Below, piece after piece: positions 1 through 12,100 of a stretch of DNA of 64,000 bases. Below the pieces are notes generated by a model. The model ran no database searches, was not told the origin of the DNA, and saw only the letters and a list, made by a program, of their open reading frames with translations. Location: positions 1,364,001-1,428,000 of the forward strand of contig CM074814.1 in assembly GCA_037447605.1 (NCBI GenBank). Reading direction: 5' to 3'. Source of the DNA: Zygnema circumcarinatum SAG 698-1b. Its lineage: Eukaryota > Plantae > Zygnematophyceae. The stretch's first letter is position 1. Every line of letters starts with the position of its first letter. Both the position numbers and the translations under genes were made by a program.

Positions 1-3000
1 GAGAGGGCTTCACACGTGTAGCCATCTTTACAGCTCCATTGCCATTTCAAGGCGCCGCGGAAGAGAGGCAAAGGTTAGCCCTGGCCTCGTGGCTCCGCCT
101 GCATCCAGCCCCGCGCATTGTTCTGCTCGGGCATCATCCCTCGCTTCACAACATTGCAGCCATTTACGGTGACCGAGTTTCTGTCCGAACAGACGTCGAC
201 TGCAGGTACTTACTTTCGAATAATGCAAGCTGCAAAGTTAAGCATCAAGAGTCAATTCAAAAGACAGCTCATCAAGAATTACGGCGTTAAGTGCCCTGCA
301 ATTACTCCATTTATGACACAAGCGGTCATTTTCCGGGCCTCAGCAATTCAGAGACTGTTCTCACTTCCTCACGATTTTTTCCAGCAATTTTTTTCCATGC
401 GCATCTGGGAAATGGCACGCGAGCTAGAGAGAATGCCTCACATATGTCCTTTGGATGTTTTTCCTGTTGGTCTGGTGATGGATGACTTTGCTGATGATGA
501 CAACGAGGGGATATCTCGGGTACGATTATATTGGTGCAGTTTTTTGGGACCTCCTCTCTTTCACAGCATGCTCGGCTGTGCTCGGGGAGCTGAGGCTGAT
601 ATAGCCATCGTCGTGAACGCCGATGTGGTACTTTTGCACGACTTCTCCGCTGCACTTGAAAAGGTGCGGCAACTACGAGGGGACTGGCTTTTGGCCTCTA
701 ATGGCTGGGCTCCCAGCGGGTTTTCATTTGATTACGACGAGAGCAGCAGATTCTGGTACAGAACTGCAAATGGCAGCCATTTGGATGATGATCAGGTACA
801 TATCTCAGATGATAACTGATTGTAGTATTTTGCCCCTTTTGGATCCACTAGAGTGCCCGTCACGGCCTACTTGTTCTTACAAGCTGTTACTTTCCAGCAC
901 TCTGCTTCAGATGTTAGCCATAAAGTCCATGCCTTATAAGGCACTCACGCATTTTCCCCTCCCTTAGCTGAACCCTTCAGAATATGTAGGCTATGTTGCT
1001 GCAGATGTTCTGTTGAGGCAAGAGAGGTGTTTGGCGGCTCTAAAGTGGTTTCTTTCCTTCCCTTGAAAATTTGCAGTTACGTTGCAGTTTCTTGTCTGTG
1101 TGCAGGTAAGGCGCCTTTGCCTACCTTCATTGCGTGTGTTGGACATTTAGCCTAAGGGATGCAGTTGTGTTGTCTGTTGGCAGATGGCAGCACAAGTGAG
1201 GAGAACAAGTCAGTTCGAGCACTGTCGTGGACCTGCAATCGTAGCTTGGAACACAGGCAGGACCCCTTTACATGCAGGAGTGATGCCACCCTTCATGGCC
1301 AGCCATAGCAGGCTCTGCACTCGATGGCTTGTAAATGAGGCAATTGAGTCGAAGCTGCGGAGGGTGATTGATGTCAGCCAGGCAGTGACAGCTATATACC
1401 TGCCAACGAGGCAACAGGATGTTAGACTTAAGGGGAAAGGAAATGGAAATACTATGGACAAAAAAGGAGTTGCTTTTGCAAAAAACTTAGAACTAAGTCC
1501 TTGGACGGAGGCCATCGATGAATACCTTGCACTTTCATATGGCTCACTTAGCATCCGTCAACGCAGTTTAGAAGCTGCCACCTATGCTCTAATGAGGTGT
1601 AGGCATGAGGGAGCTGCAGGGCTGTGCTTTTTGAAACGCGGAAGAAAAAAGTGCCATTGTGATAAGCAGAAAGCTGATTCATCTGAGGTTGGGGAAGGTC
1701 TTCAAAGAGGAATAGTAGGCGATCGGGTGGGAGCTGTCATAGGTTCTGAAGACATGTCGGAAGACTCCAACATCCCGCCTATGCACGAGAATACAACAGT
1801 AAAACCGTCTGTAGTTGGAAGCTCGCAGAAAAATGGGAGTGGGGGTGGCGATTTTGAAACGAAGAGGTTAGTATTCCTTGAGAATGGCAGAGAAAACGAG
1901 GCTGCCTCTACGCTTCCCCCGCTACTTGCAAATGGACGCAAGAACAGATCTTCAGAGAGTGATGCTAATGGCTGTCTTTGCGATGATGGTAGAGCCAACA
2001 AAGATGCTTCTTGTGCAGTTCCTTCCTTTATCAAGATGAAGATATTGCCTACGGAGGTAGGGCTTCCGCATACGATGGAGAAGTTGCTGGAGTTGGTGGC
2101 TTCAAAGGAGAGAGTGGTGATTCTCGCAGCTGCTGCCAAGAACTACATTGAAATGCTCATGAGTTGGGTTTGTGGCTTGCGACGCCTTGGGCTATCAAAC
2201 TATCTGGTTTCAGCACTTGATGAGGAAACATATCGCTTCGCCTCTGTCCAGGCAAGTGCTGCTGTACTTTGTCATAAGGACTTGACGAGCGGGGAAATCT
2301 TTTTCTTTGAAGATAGGTGCACGTCATTGATCTGAACATTTAGGCAGGTTCTCTTCTTTTATAGTTTTGGTGCGATGGCCCTGACAGAGTCTCACGGAGG
2401 ATTGACTGCAGGGAGTCCCCGTTTTTCGGCACAACTTTTCGGAGCAGTTTCAGCGTGACAAATGTCACTTTGGCACAACGTGCTTCCAACGAGTGACAAA
2501 AGTGAAGTCTCGTCTTGTATTGACGGTCTTACGGCTCGGATACCATGTCCTATTTAATGATGTAGACTTGTATTGGTTCCATAATCCTCTACCAGAGCTT
2601 ATGGCGTATCCGTCGTCAACATTGGTAGCGCAGAGTGACCATTGGAACATCTCAGGTGAGTTGCGGGAGTGGCTTTGTCTCCGCAGATTACATTTGCAGA
2701 AGCGTGTTCTGGACGAGCATGGAAGTACTTGCTGATCAAACACCATCTCCTCTATGTGCTTTTCACTGTTGATTGTTGAACTATGTTTGGAGCTCCGCTG
2801 TGCCCGCTCTCTTGCAGGCCCAGGTAACGAGCTCCGGCGTATCAATTCTGGGTTTTATTTTGCACGTTCTGAGCCGAACATGATCATTGCATTTGAAAAA
2901 ATTGTGGAGCATGCGGCGAACTCGTCCTTGAGTGAACAGCCGAGCTTCTATGATGTCCTATGTGGTGTCGACGGCGAGTACAGGGTTGGAAACTCTTCAT

Positions 3001-3408
3001 GTATGCATCCTGGGTTGCACGTCATAGTGCAGTTCCTCAGCCGAGACAGGTAGACCTTGCAACTTCAGCATGAAGACTAGCTGCTTTCTTTTCAGCCCGT
3101 ATAAGCTGCTCTGCTTTCTTTTTGAATGATCATACAGGAAGTGTTGTTAAACTCTCGGAATACTTGCAAATCAGCTTCTCTCTCTGGAACTTGGCAGGTA
3201 TCCCAACGGTGCCACCCATTTCCTGTGGGACAAGGACACAAGAAAGGAGTGTGAAAAACTTGGGTGTGTGGTTCTTCACAACAACTGGGTGAGCGGGAGG
3301 CGCAAGAAACTGTGGCGGCAGATGGAGAAGGGGCTGTGGGATTATGATGTGCTCAGCCGTATGTGCATCTACAGCTGGCAGGGCCCCAATACACAGCGGC
3401 TGTACTAA
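1..3408 (+). CDS. RAY1: RAY1-like beta-arabinofuranosyltransferase (nucleotide-diphospho-sugar transferase family), multi-exon, 5' end outside window
   Basis: Exons approx. <1-205, 540-796, 1184-2251, 2412-2656, 2818-3049, 3199-3408. They read VAIFTAPLPF..RQRLALASW, FLGPPLFHSM, AWNTGRTPLHAGVMPPF, YIEMLMSWVCGLRRL, LGYHVLFNDVDLYWF, RRINSGFYFARS, SEQPSFYDVLCG, YPNGA and LHNNWVSGRRKK..GLWDYD, all motifs of plant RAY1. Stop TAA at 3406-3408. Confidence 0.88.
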
Positions 3409-4292
3409 ATCCGGTTAGCGAATATGGCCAAGTTTTTCATTAAAGTGCAGCTGATTGCAGGGCTTTGAAGTGGTGACTTTTTAGCCCTGCTATCAGCTGC
3501 ACAACTTATGTAGAGTGCGAATTAGCGAGCATGTAAAGACGAGAGGATTTAGAAGTGCTTTTTTGATGCTGCAAGGAAGGAAAGGACACCAGCAGACAGA
3601 CTGATACATTTTTTTGACCATTTTTGGTGTAAAAGGTCCTTAGAAAGTAGCTCAGCCAATCCCGAACAGTAGGAAAATGCCTTCCCTTTCTGTTTCAGAA
3701 TATGGAGATGCTTTCTAAAGAAGAGTGTGAAGGTGAGCCCCCCCACCCTGAGCCGTTTCTCAAATAGTGATTCACAGTCAACAATTTGCCGCAGTGGCTC
3801 AAGTTCAACTGGACTGCGCCTGGAGTGGGCTGCATGCTTTGGCGAAGAACGTGAATTGGGGCTGAAACTGTTGATGGCAGACAAAGGGTTTGTTAAGGAG
3901 GTACATTTGTACATTTGATGGCCTCGCCATCGTGAGTTCAATGCCATTTTCCTTGCCTTGGTTTCTGAAGGGAGGTACTGTAGATATTTAGGTCATTGGC
4001 CCTGAGGGCCAATGTAGACCCAAAGCTCCAAAAGCCAAGCTGCCATGCCTCAGTTTAACGGGCACAACCGATTAACAGTGGCGGTAACTGCGGCAAAACG
4101 GGTAACTGCGAACCATGGAGACAGCCAATTCTATGGCCGCGTAAATAGAGCGGTACGATAAATATCGGGGTGTAGACGCACAACTCTGCGCGATTTCCGG
4201 ATTTTAAAGGTCCTACATGTAGCGCTTGTAAGCGTTGTTCGGCGCGCTGTGGAACTGTCACACAGAACTGTAACGGCGCACACGGCATTCAC

Positions 4293-4325
<33 letters not shown>

Positions 4326-4335
4326 TCTCTCTCTC
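4293..4335. repeat. (CT)n microsatellite
   Basis: About 21 CT units with one CA interruption. Confidence 0.9.
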
Positions 4336-4591
4336 CGCCTCCGCCTTGCGTTGGGAGTCAGAGAAGGAGGCGTCTGTCTGATCAAAGGTGAGGCAGAGCC
4401 CAGTATCAATGGGAAAGGCATCAAAAAAATAGGTTCGGAGAAGGAGTCTCCACGAAATACGCAGTCATTCTCAGCTGCATGTGAGCTCACAGCATAGAGA
4501 CTGTACGCCGAACACCGCAAACACCGCACCTACAAACTTTAAAAATCATGATTTTTTAAAACCTAAACTCGAAAGACGAATTAGATTCTTA

Positions 4592-4624
4592 AGCCCAGAA
4601 AAAAGATTGACGTGTAAACCCTAA
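4592..4624 (+). promoter_or_regulatory. Site II (AGCCCA) plus telo-box (AAACCCTAA) promoter pair
   Basis: AGCCCA at 4592-4597 and AAACCCTAA at 4616-4624, about 100 nt upstream of the ATG at 4721. This pairing is typical of plant housekeeping promoters. Confidence 0.5.
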
Positions 4625-4720
4625 AGGGCTACCAAATCCTCCTCTACTATAAGTCCTCCACTGACATATATTCTCGTTATTCCTTCAGAAAGCGATTGAT
4701 TTGAAGAGCGCTTTTGAAGA

Positions 4721-5204
4721 ATGTCGGGACGTGCAAGCCGGAGTAGCAACCTAATTTTGGCGTTTGGCCTTGGCGTTTTCGCATTGGGCTCTCTTTCATT
4801 TCCTTTTGTACTCAGGTTCGTATGCATGCATGCGAAAGACTCCCATGCATGCACGTCTTCCTTCCTATTATCTATGAAATGTCGTTCGTTTTGGTGGAAT
4901 CATCAGGAGCTTGTAGCCCTCAGAAGCATCGGAGCCTCTGATGATGACCAAACAAATTCTTGAAATTCAGTGATTTTTCACGCAAGGCTTCATTATTCGT
5001 GTTCTTCCTTTAGGATTGATTGATGGTAAGTAATGCTTTCGCAGATTATCACATCCAACGCCGATTATTGACTCCAGCAAGCCGCTCAGTCCACAGGCCG
5101 TCCAGCGAGGCCCATATGTGAACTCAGGATCGAAGGATATAGGCCCAGATCCCATCCCTATTGAGCAATACAAGGCTAAAGCCCAAACTTCAGCGGGACG
5201 TTAG
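4721..5204 (+). CDS. Small (84 aa) single-pass membrane protein, conserved uncharacterised type
   Basis: Exon 1 4721-4815 (AG|GTTCGT) and exon 2 5045-5204 (TTCGCAG|) join in phase 2 to give MSGRASRSSNLILAFGLGVFALGSLSFPFVLRLSHPTPIIDSSKPLSPQAVQRGPYVNSGSKDIGPDPIPIEQYKAKAQTSAGR*. It has one hydrophobic helix and an IDSSKPL..RGPYxNxGSxDIGPD motif that I recall from small plant proteins. Confidence 0.8.
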
Positions 5205-6100
5205 CTCGCTTCTGCTTTGCATCTATACTTCATCGGTGTATAAGGCATGAAATTCGGAGGTGTTCTCTCTTTTTTCCTTTGTTTAGGGTATCCAGTCAGG
5301 ATCACTCATTTGCAGTTTCGGTGAACCTATAAGTGTTCAGCCTGACTTTTTCGTTTACGTGTATTTTGTCGAAGGAGTTCCGTTTGGAGGTGCAAGCTTT
5401 TGGTAAATGAGAACCAGTCAAATCTCTAACTTAGTGCAAAAAAAAAAAAAAATTTGGTTCAATCTGTAGCCGGAATGCCAGTGCAGTTTGAATGGGAATG
5501 AGTAAAGTCAGGGCTTTTATTGCTTACTACGAAATGAATGCTGGGCATTTGTCATCTCAAACCCCATAAAGGAACCGTAAGAAAGCCAAAAGACAATTTC
5601 GGCTGTTTCTGAAGTGCCAAGAAACAACATTGAGCTCAAACTCTCCCCTGTTTCTTCCACGCAGCCACAGTTTCGGATTACCAGCCAGTTGGGAAAGTGG
5701 CAACGCCTAGAGGGGCGCATCCCCACTCTCTTAGCGTCATCGGCCGCAATGACTATCGTTGCTACAAGTGTGTATGCGGCAAGTTATAACCGCCAGTGTT
5801 GCCTCGCTAACACGCAACGATTCAAATCGTGCAAGTAAATGTCGAATGGATGCGGATGCGCTGCCTACCATTTGTCGTTGTACGAAGCGAATTCAGTTGG
5901 GTTGAGCACATGATGAAATGGCCGTACAATATAAACAGATGCTCAAAGGACAAGCGTAGAGTAGAAACAAGGTGCAGCGCCGCATTTAAACATCGCAATG
6001 TGCTATGTGACTACACATAGTCACTTGAACCATCTGACCTTGATCCTTTTATTAGCCCATGTAGTGAAACCGTTGCCTGCATCACCAGTGGTCGGAAGCG

Positions 6101-9100
6101 TTATCTTCCGCCGTTCCACCAGGCTCCGTACTCAGGAAAGGGAGGGGGCATGGCCTGCAGATGATGCTGGGGATCACCGCTCCAACTGTTATGAGGAGGA
6201 TGCCACATGGCATCACCGGGAGCCCATCGTTCAACATTGCCCATGGCATGATGGGGCCCTTGACGGTTGTGATGCATGTGCATCCCAGGGGGGCCTTCAA
6301 TGTGGGAGTTGAAGTGGGGAGGGCGGACTTGATGCGGCAACTGGAGGTTGGGTCCGTGCAAAGAGAATGCCTGCCTCTGCCTCTGCTCTACCCAATCGGT
6401 AAGCTCGAGCAAAGGAGAGGGTGCAGGTTGGGGATGATGCACAACATCTCGAGGAAACGGAGGAGGTCGAAAAGGGGGCTGAACCCCTTGATGGAAGAGA
6501 TTACTGCCAGTGTTGAAAATGGGAGCTTGATGACGGGCAGGAGCAGAAACTTCGTTGTATCCAGGCTGCAATTCGCCATCCTCAAGTGGGTTTCCAGGTG
6601 GAAGAGGGGGCCAAATGCATGCTTCGACTTCAACGTGCTGGGAGGCACCCTTCGCAGCCCTGACTTTTTTTCCTCTGCATTTCCTATGTTTAGCTGTCAC
6701 AACTGTGGAATTGAAGGCGGAACCCTCTCCCAGCCGCCCCTCCCACTGCTCCTCTTTTGTCGTCGCCTGCACCTCCTCCGCTGCTGTGGGAGCCCCCTCC
6801 CCCCCCCCTCCCACAAGCGGCTCCATCCATGGCCTCTGCGAGGGCAGAATTCCTTCCTCTCCCATAGGGTTCGGGCCCACCGCTGGAAAGGGAGCCTCTC
6901 TCTCATCCGCCGCGATGGGCTCTTTTTTCTCTTCATGTATAATAGGGGGCTGCGATCTACTTCCGCCGCTCTGCAGCCGTAAGCAGGCAGAGCAATGTCT
7001 GTCAAACTCTCCATTAGCCATCACCCGATAAACACTGACATCGAACAGCTTTTAGGACTCCTCACAGGGGCTCTATCCCTCTCGCACCTCATTCACAGCA
7101 GGCAGCATGGGTTGGGGCACATTATTATATGGTTAAAAGACGATGTAGCAGCAGTAAGCATGCTGCTCGAAGTGTGACTATCTTCATTAGGCAATGAAAG
7201 AAGTGGCACCTGAAATTCGACGGGCTTACGGTGATCTTCTGGAAGGGCGATGCGACTGTACTTCTCCCAAAGGTCCTTTCGGCAGTACAGATAAAGGGGA
7301 GGGGTTTCATGATTCCAACTACTCTCATTGTCAACTGAACCAGGGAGGTAGAACGCCTGCAAGGAGCAGATTCCATGTTACGCAATTGCGTTGTGATGTA
7401 GCCAGCCAAAACTAGCAAAAAGCAGCGTTTTATAAGCTCGAATGGCTTCATATTACACGTGTACCCCCGCATTGTATATGTATCACTCACTATTTAGAAA
7501 AAAAAAAAACCCTTGACTACATTCATTCTGCAAGAAACTGCGAAGTGAAATATCGCAGCGGACATTCATTGAAATTCAAAATCCGAAAAAACAGACGAAT
7601 GTGTAGATTCAGCAAAACCTCAGTTTCAAAAAGCGCGCATCATTGGGCCCCTCAAATGCTTTACTGCTTTTTCTCCCTAACCTGCAAGGAGAAAACTCAC
7701 TTTCCCCGCCAGTAGCTGGGAGTCGTTCCACAGAAGCTCATACTCTGCGCTTGGCCTGCACACAAGACGCAGAGAAGAACACAACATTAAAAGAAAGATA
7801 TCCCCCACAGGGGCAGCTCCTGGAGAGAGACCCTCTCTGTGTTCCGTTCCATGCAAGCGCTTTCAACAATGCCGAAAGTGGCCCTTGAAAGATATACAAG
7901 CAGTACAATTCATCAAAGCGCTGAAATTTTGAGCTTTCAGATAATTTTTCCAAAGATGCCTGGACCTAACTATCTAACTAATGACCCACCTTCCTAACTA
8001 CATACATATCTAACTAATTAACCAACTAACTAACTAACGCCTATTGAATGCCAAACGCAAAGCACACAGCGGAGCAGACCAAACGGCCAATATGGGTATG
8101 CGAGCGGAGGGTTACCTCCGGGTCTCCGGCGGGACAATGAGAACGATAAGCTTTGGGCGAAAGCGGGCCGCTTGTTCTGCGAAGGTGGAGGCTCGTGCAA
8201 AGGGAGGGTTCAAGCCAATGATCTGCAAAGGAGGGGCTAATGGTTCATAATGGCTTGCACGGAAAGGCAATTCCCAGGACATCGCAGCAGTTACAAATTT
8301 CACTTGGAATGGCACAGCAACAACACATGGTGTTCTCTGAAGGCTAATAACATGGATAGTTCACAAATCGTTATATGGCAAGCATTTGACGAATTATTTT
8401 CGAGCCTGACTCGAGCACAGGCACAAGGATGCCATTGACGAGAAGTGACCAAGTCACCGAGCGAGTCTGCTTTACCCAAAAACCGTAAAAAGACTAAAAA
8501 CCCACGAGAATCCTTTACGATGGGAGTACTATTTCAGGTCCAAAGCAGGCTCACCAGTTTGTCGCCATCCGGGAGTTCGCGATGAGGCTTATCATAGGGC
8601 ACATTGAACCAGTCCATCTTTTGAAAGTTGAAGGTATCCTGCTCCCTCCCACAGCGTAGGAACGTAAAGTATGTCCGAGCACTGTGAGAGAGGACTTTTT
8701 TCCGAGAGAGAAGCAATGTCTGCTGACTGAGTGAGCAGCTACTTGAGAGCTGCTTGCCAGCTTCCGCATGTGCAGAAGTTGCCGAGTAATCTGACGTGCC
8801 AAAGGTGTGTCATTTTGAACTAGATAGATGAGTAAACCTCATGTAATATCAGCAAACTTCAAGAAAAATAGTCCTACATGCCTTCATTGAATATAATATC
8901 ATCAGCAACAGAAGAGCAGGTCTAATCAAACCCCATCTTTTTTTTCTCAGAGCTGCACTGAAGAGCCTAAGAAAACGACACGCCGGTCTGCCCTCATAGT
9001 CTGCACCACTCACAGCTCCGTACAGGGAAGTCTGCCTTACGACTTAAAAGCAGCAAAAGAAATAGTGATAGAAGCTTCAGTACCCTACGAGGTGGCCTTA

Positions 9101-12100
9101 GAAACTTTGCAATTAATTATCGCGCAAAAGTGTGAGGCAAAACCTCCTCATGAAGAACGACACAAGGAGGAATCAGATTGTCATTTTTGTCGTTACTCAC
9201 CGCGGGAGGGAAAATGTCGAAATTCTTGAACTCGCAGCGGCGCTTTCCTGCATGCTCAAGTGATGCTTTTGCGATGCGAGAGAAGTCGTTAGAGCCACAA
9301 CACATGTCCACTAAGCAGTCGCCATCCTCCACATACGGCAGCAGCCGATTGACCACCTGCACGTAACAGACCACACAAGTGAAACCACGAGAACCATCTT
9401 GCGAAGTTCACACCACGAAAAAAGGGTCGCCCTACCTCTACTTTTCTTCTTGGATGTCACCAATCTCCCTGCTTAGCCGATGATTAGCTATGCGGGATAG
9501 CGAATAGAGATTCACCATAGCCTTCATACTAAAGCGCCACCTTGGTAAATTATAAAACGTTTTCAAAATAGTGCCAAGATAGCTCGTGTAACTAGGATTG
9601 CCAACCTGTATGCTTCTATGAGAAACCATGTGAAGCTGATAAGGACTTCTGAGTGGCAGTGAGGCAGGGCAGTCCTAGAGATGCCATATCCCACCTCCTC
9701 CAACTTGGCAATTTGCGTGAAGTGGCGGCCGTACGAAGTATAGCGCGAGCCGTGCAGGAAGGGCGCTAGGTACACACGCATGTGGACCTAAACCCAGCAC
9801 GCTCCAATTCTCTCTTATTCTCAAAAAAGCACTACTCAAACCTCACCTCAGCCATGACATAGCCATGTAATGACCATGACATAGCCATGTAATGACCATG
9901 ACATATTGGCAGCTGCTGCTTGGCAGCGATTGAAAGGGAAGCAACAAAAAGTGGGTGTTGAGATTTTACCTCGCATTTTTTGAGTTCTTTCACCCAAGCA
10001 TCGTTGGGACGGAATGCGGATGCTTCCATTTCGCCGTTCTCAACGGCAGTTTGCGACTTCTCTACTGCCTGCAAGGGCAGTGCATGGAAACCCACCGCTT
10101 ATCCCCTAGCATTGCTCAAACACCAATTTCAAAATCAGGAAGATGCACGCATCCGAAAACCGAGATCAGAGCAGCACGGAGAGTCCAATTGTCAAAGGAA
10201 CACTGCCATGAAAAGCTGAGTTTGACCACCCATGTGCAGTTTTCTCTTCAGATCGGGACAGTACATTGATAATGGACTTTATTTTGTTCATCTTCATGGT
10301 CTGGTATTGCTCTTCGGTAGAATAACTGGACACAACAGCTAGCGATTTCCGCACTTTCTCCTCCGATACCTCGCCGGCGATGTACTCTTTCACTTTCCTG
10401 ATGCTGCACAGAGAAGTCCCAACAGCATCATCTCAGAACTGAGAGGGACACACAGCTCGTCATGTTTGCTGCCCACAATGCAAGCTTATTCATGGACACG
10501 TTCCATTCTCATTCTCATCTACTATCAGAAAGGTGAGCCTTGCTGTTCAGGGAGCTTGCATTGCTCTTCTCTTCGCTGCGATAATCACCAATAAAGAACA
10601 TCCCCGAACCGTGCTAAGCTGCCAATGTCAAAAGAACATCCTTTCCGAGGTTGGGGAACATATCGACAAGATAATGTGCGCTCAACAATGTTGCAATTCG
10701 GCAAACCTCCTTATTTTTTCTACGCATCTTTGACCCATCCAAGACTCAGTCTTACTGCAACCCTCGTTCTTTGACTCCCCAAGTCTTTTCAAACTCACTT
10801 TCTCATCAGCTCCTCCTTGTTGAACATTGGTGCTTCGGTTCGTCGCCTCACATTCACTATTCCCCACTTTTCCTTAACAAAGTTACTCCAACCCTCCTCC
10901 CTTGCTTCCTCTGTATCCGTCCTTGGAGAGCCCGTCCGCTTATTCAACACCGACGTCTTTTTTTCTGCTTTTTGAGAGCCAATCTCCTCCTTCAATGGTT
11001 CCGAATTTACCTCCCTTTTTATCGTCTCTCTCTCTCCCTCCGTCTTCCCCAATTGAAAAGCTTTCTTGCGTTTTTTCTGCACAGGCTCCTTCTGTGCCGA
11101 CGATCCCATTAGCTCGAACTCGGCCTCCTCCTCCTTCAGCTCGTCTATGGGCAGACTCAGCCTCCTCCTTTGGAGAGGGCGAGGAGGAGTGATTGGGGCT
11201 TTGGGCCACTTTAGATGGTCTCTTTCAGGGGTTCTCGTATCGGGTCGGATCTTGTGCGTTCTGCAGGGTTCGACAAGGAGAATGTTCTATGTGGTTTACA
11301 TGGTTTATAAGTTCGGCATGGATGCTTTATATGTTCTTAATGTTGTAAGTGTTCTAAATTCATCTGTTCAGTCTTCTGCATTGAAGGAGGCATGCGAATG
11401 TGAAGAGGGGAAGTTTATGGGTTTTGTAAGTGAGGATAGAGTGCGGGTAAAGAACATAGCAATGTAAAAGAAATTGGCTTGCCGTTTAGCTTGGGATAAA
11501 TGACACTTCAAAAGGGCATTTCAGTCGTTAGTCAGAGGTGAGACATTTATTGAGCTCATAGACTCCAAACGAACCCTATTTGAAGGTCAACTAGTATTCA
11601 CAAAAAAGTGGATGCTTGAGTTCTACAAGTATCAGGATTAACTTGCAACGTCCACATAAAAATGATGTGGTTCTACTCACCGGCAATACAGAAAGCGTGA
11701 AAGACCTTCTTCCACATCGACTTCATTCACTCCCCATACGCGTTGGTCCGCACCAGAAACTGGCATGCTTCTGCTTAATACAAATCAACCGAGAGTCCTT
11801 AGTCAGTTTTTGCAGATAGGAGGATCAGGGCTCCTTCAAAAAAGTAAGGATCTGTAGCAGCAGTGGTTTTGCAAATGCTCTGCAGTGCTTCAAACAAATC
11901 TAATCTAATAACTAATCAATTATATCTAATAACTAATACTAATCTGTGTTGGAGACAAATACGTTAACGTAAGGCAATTAGCAAGAGAGCTGACGACAGA
12001 GACAGCCAATGAAGACACTACAACAACAACAACAACAACAAAGGTTTTTTAGGTTTTTGGCCAGTACTCGGGAATGCATTTTACGTGCCAAGCACGAGGA

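Noticed and set aside
3549-3947. 132-aa minus ORF and short plus-strand exon-like pieces downstream of RAY1
   Set aside because: No recognisable motifs and no frame-consistent chain with a start and stop; probably UTR or intergenic.
6161-6982. 273-aa plus-strand ORF
   Set aside because: Antisense shadow of the GC-rich last EDM2 exon.
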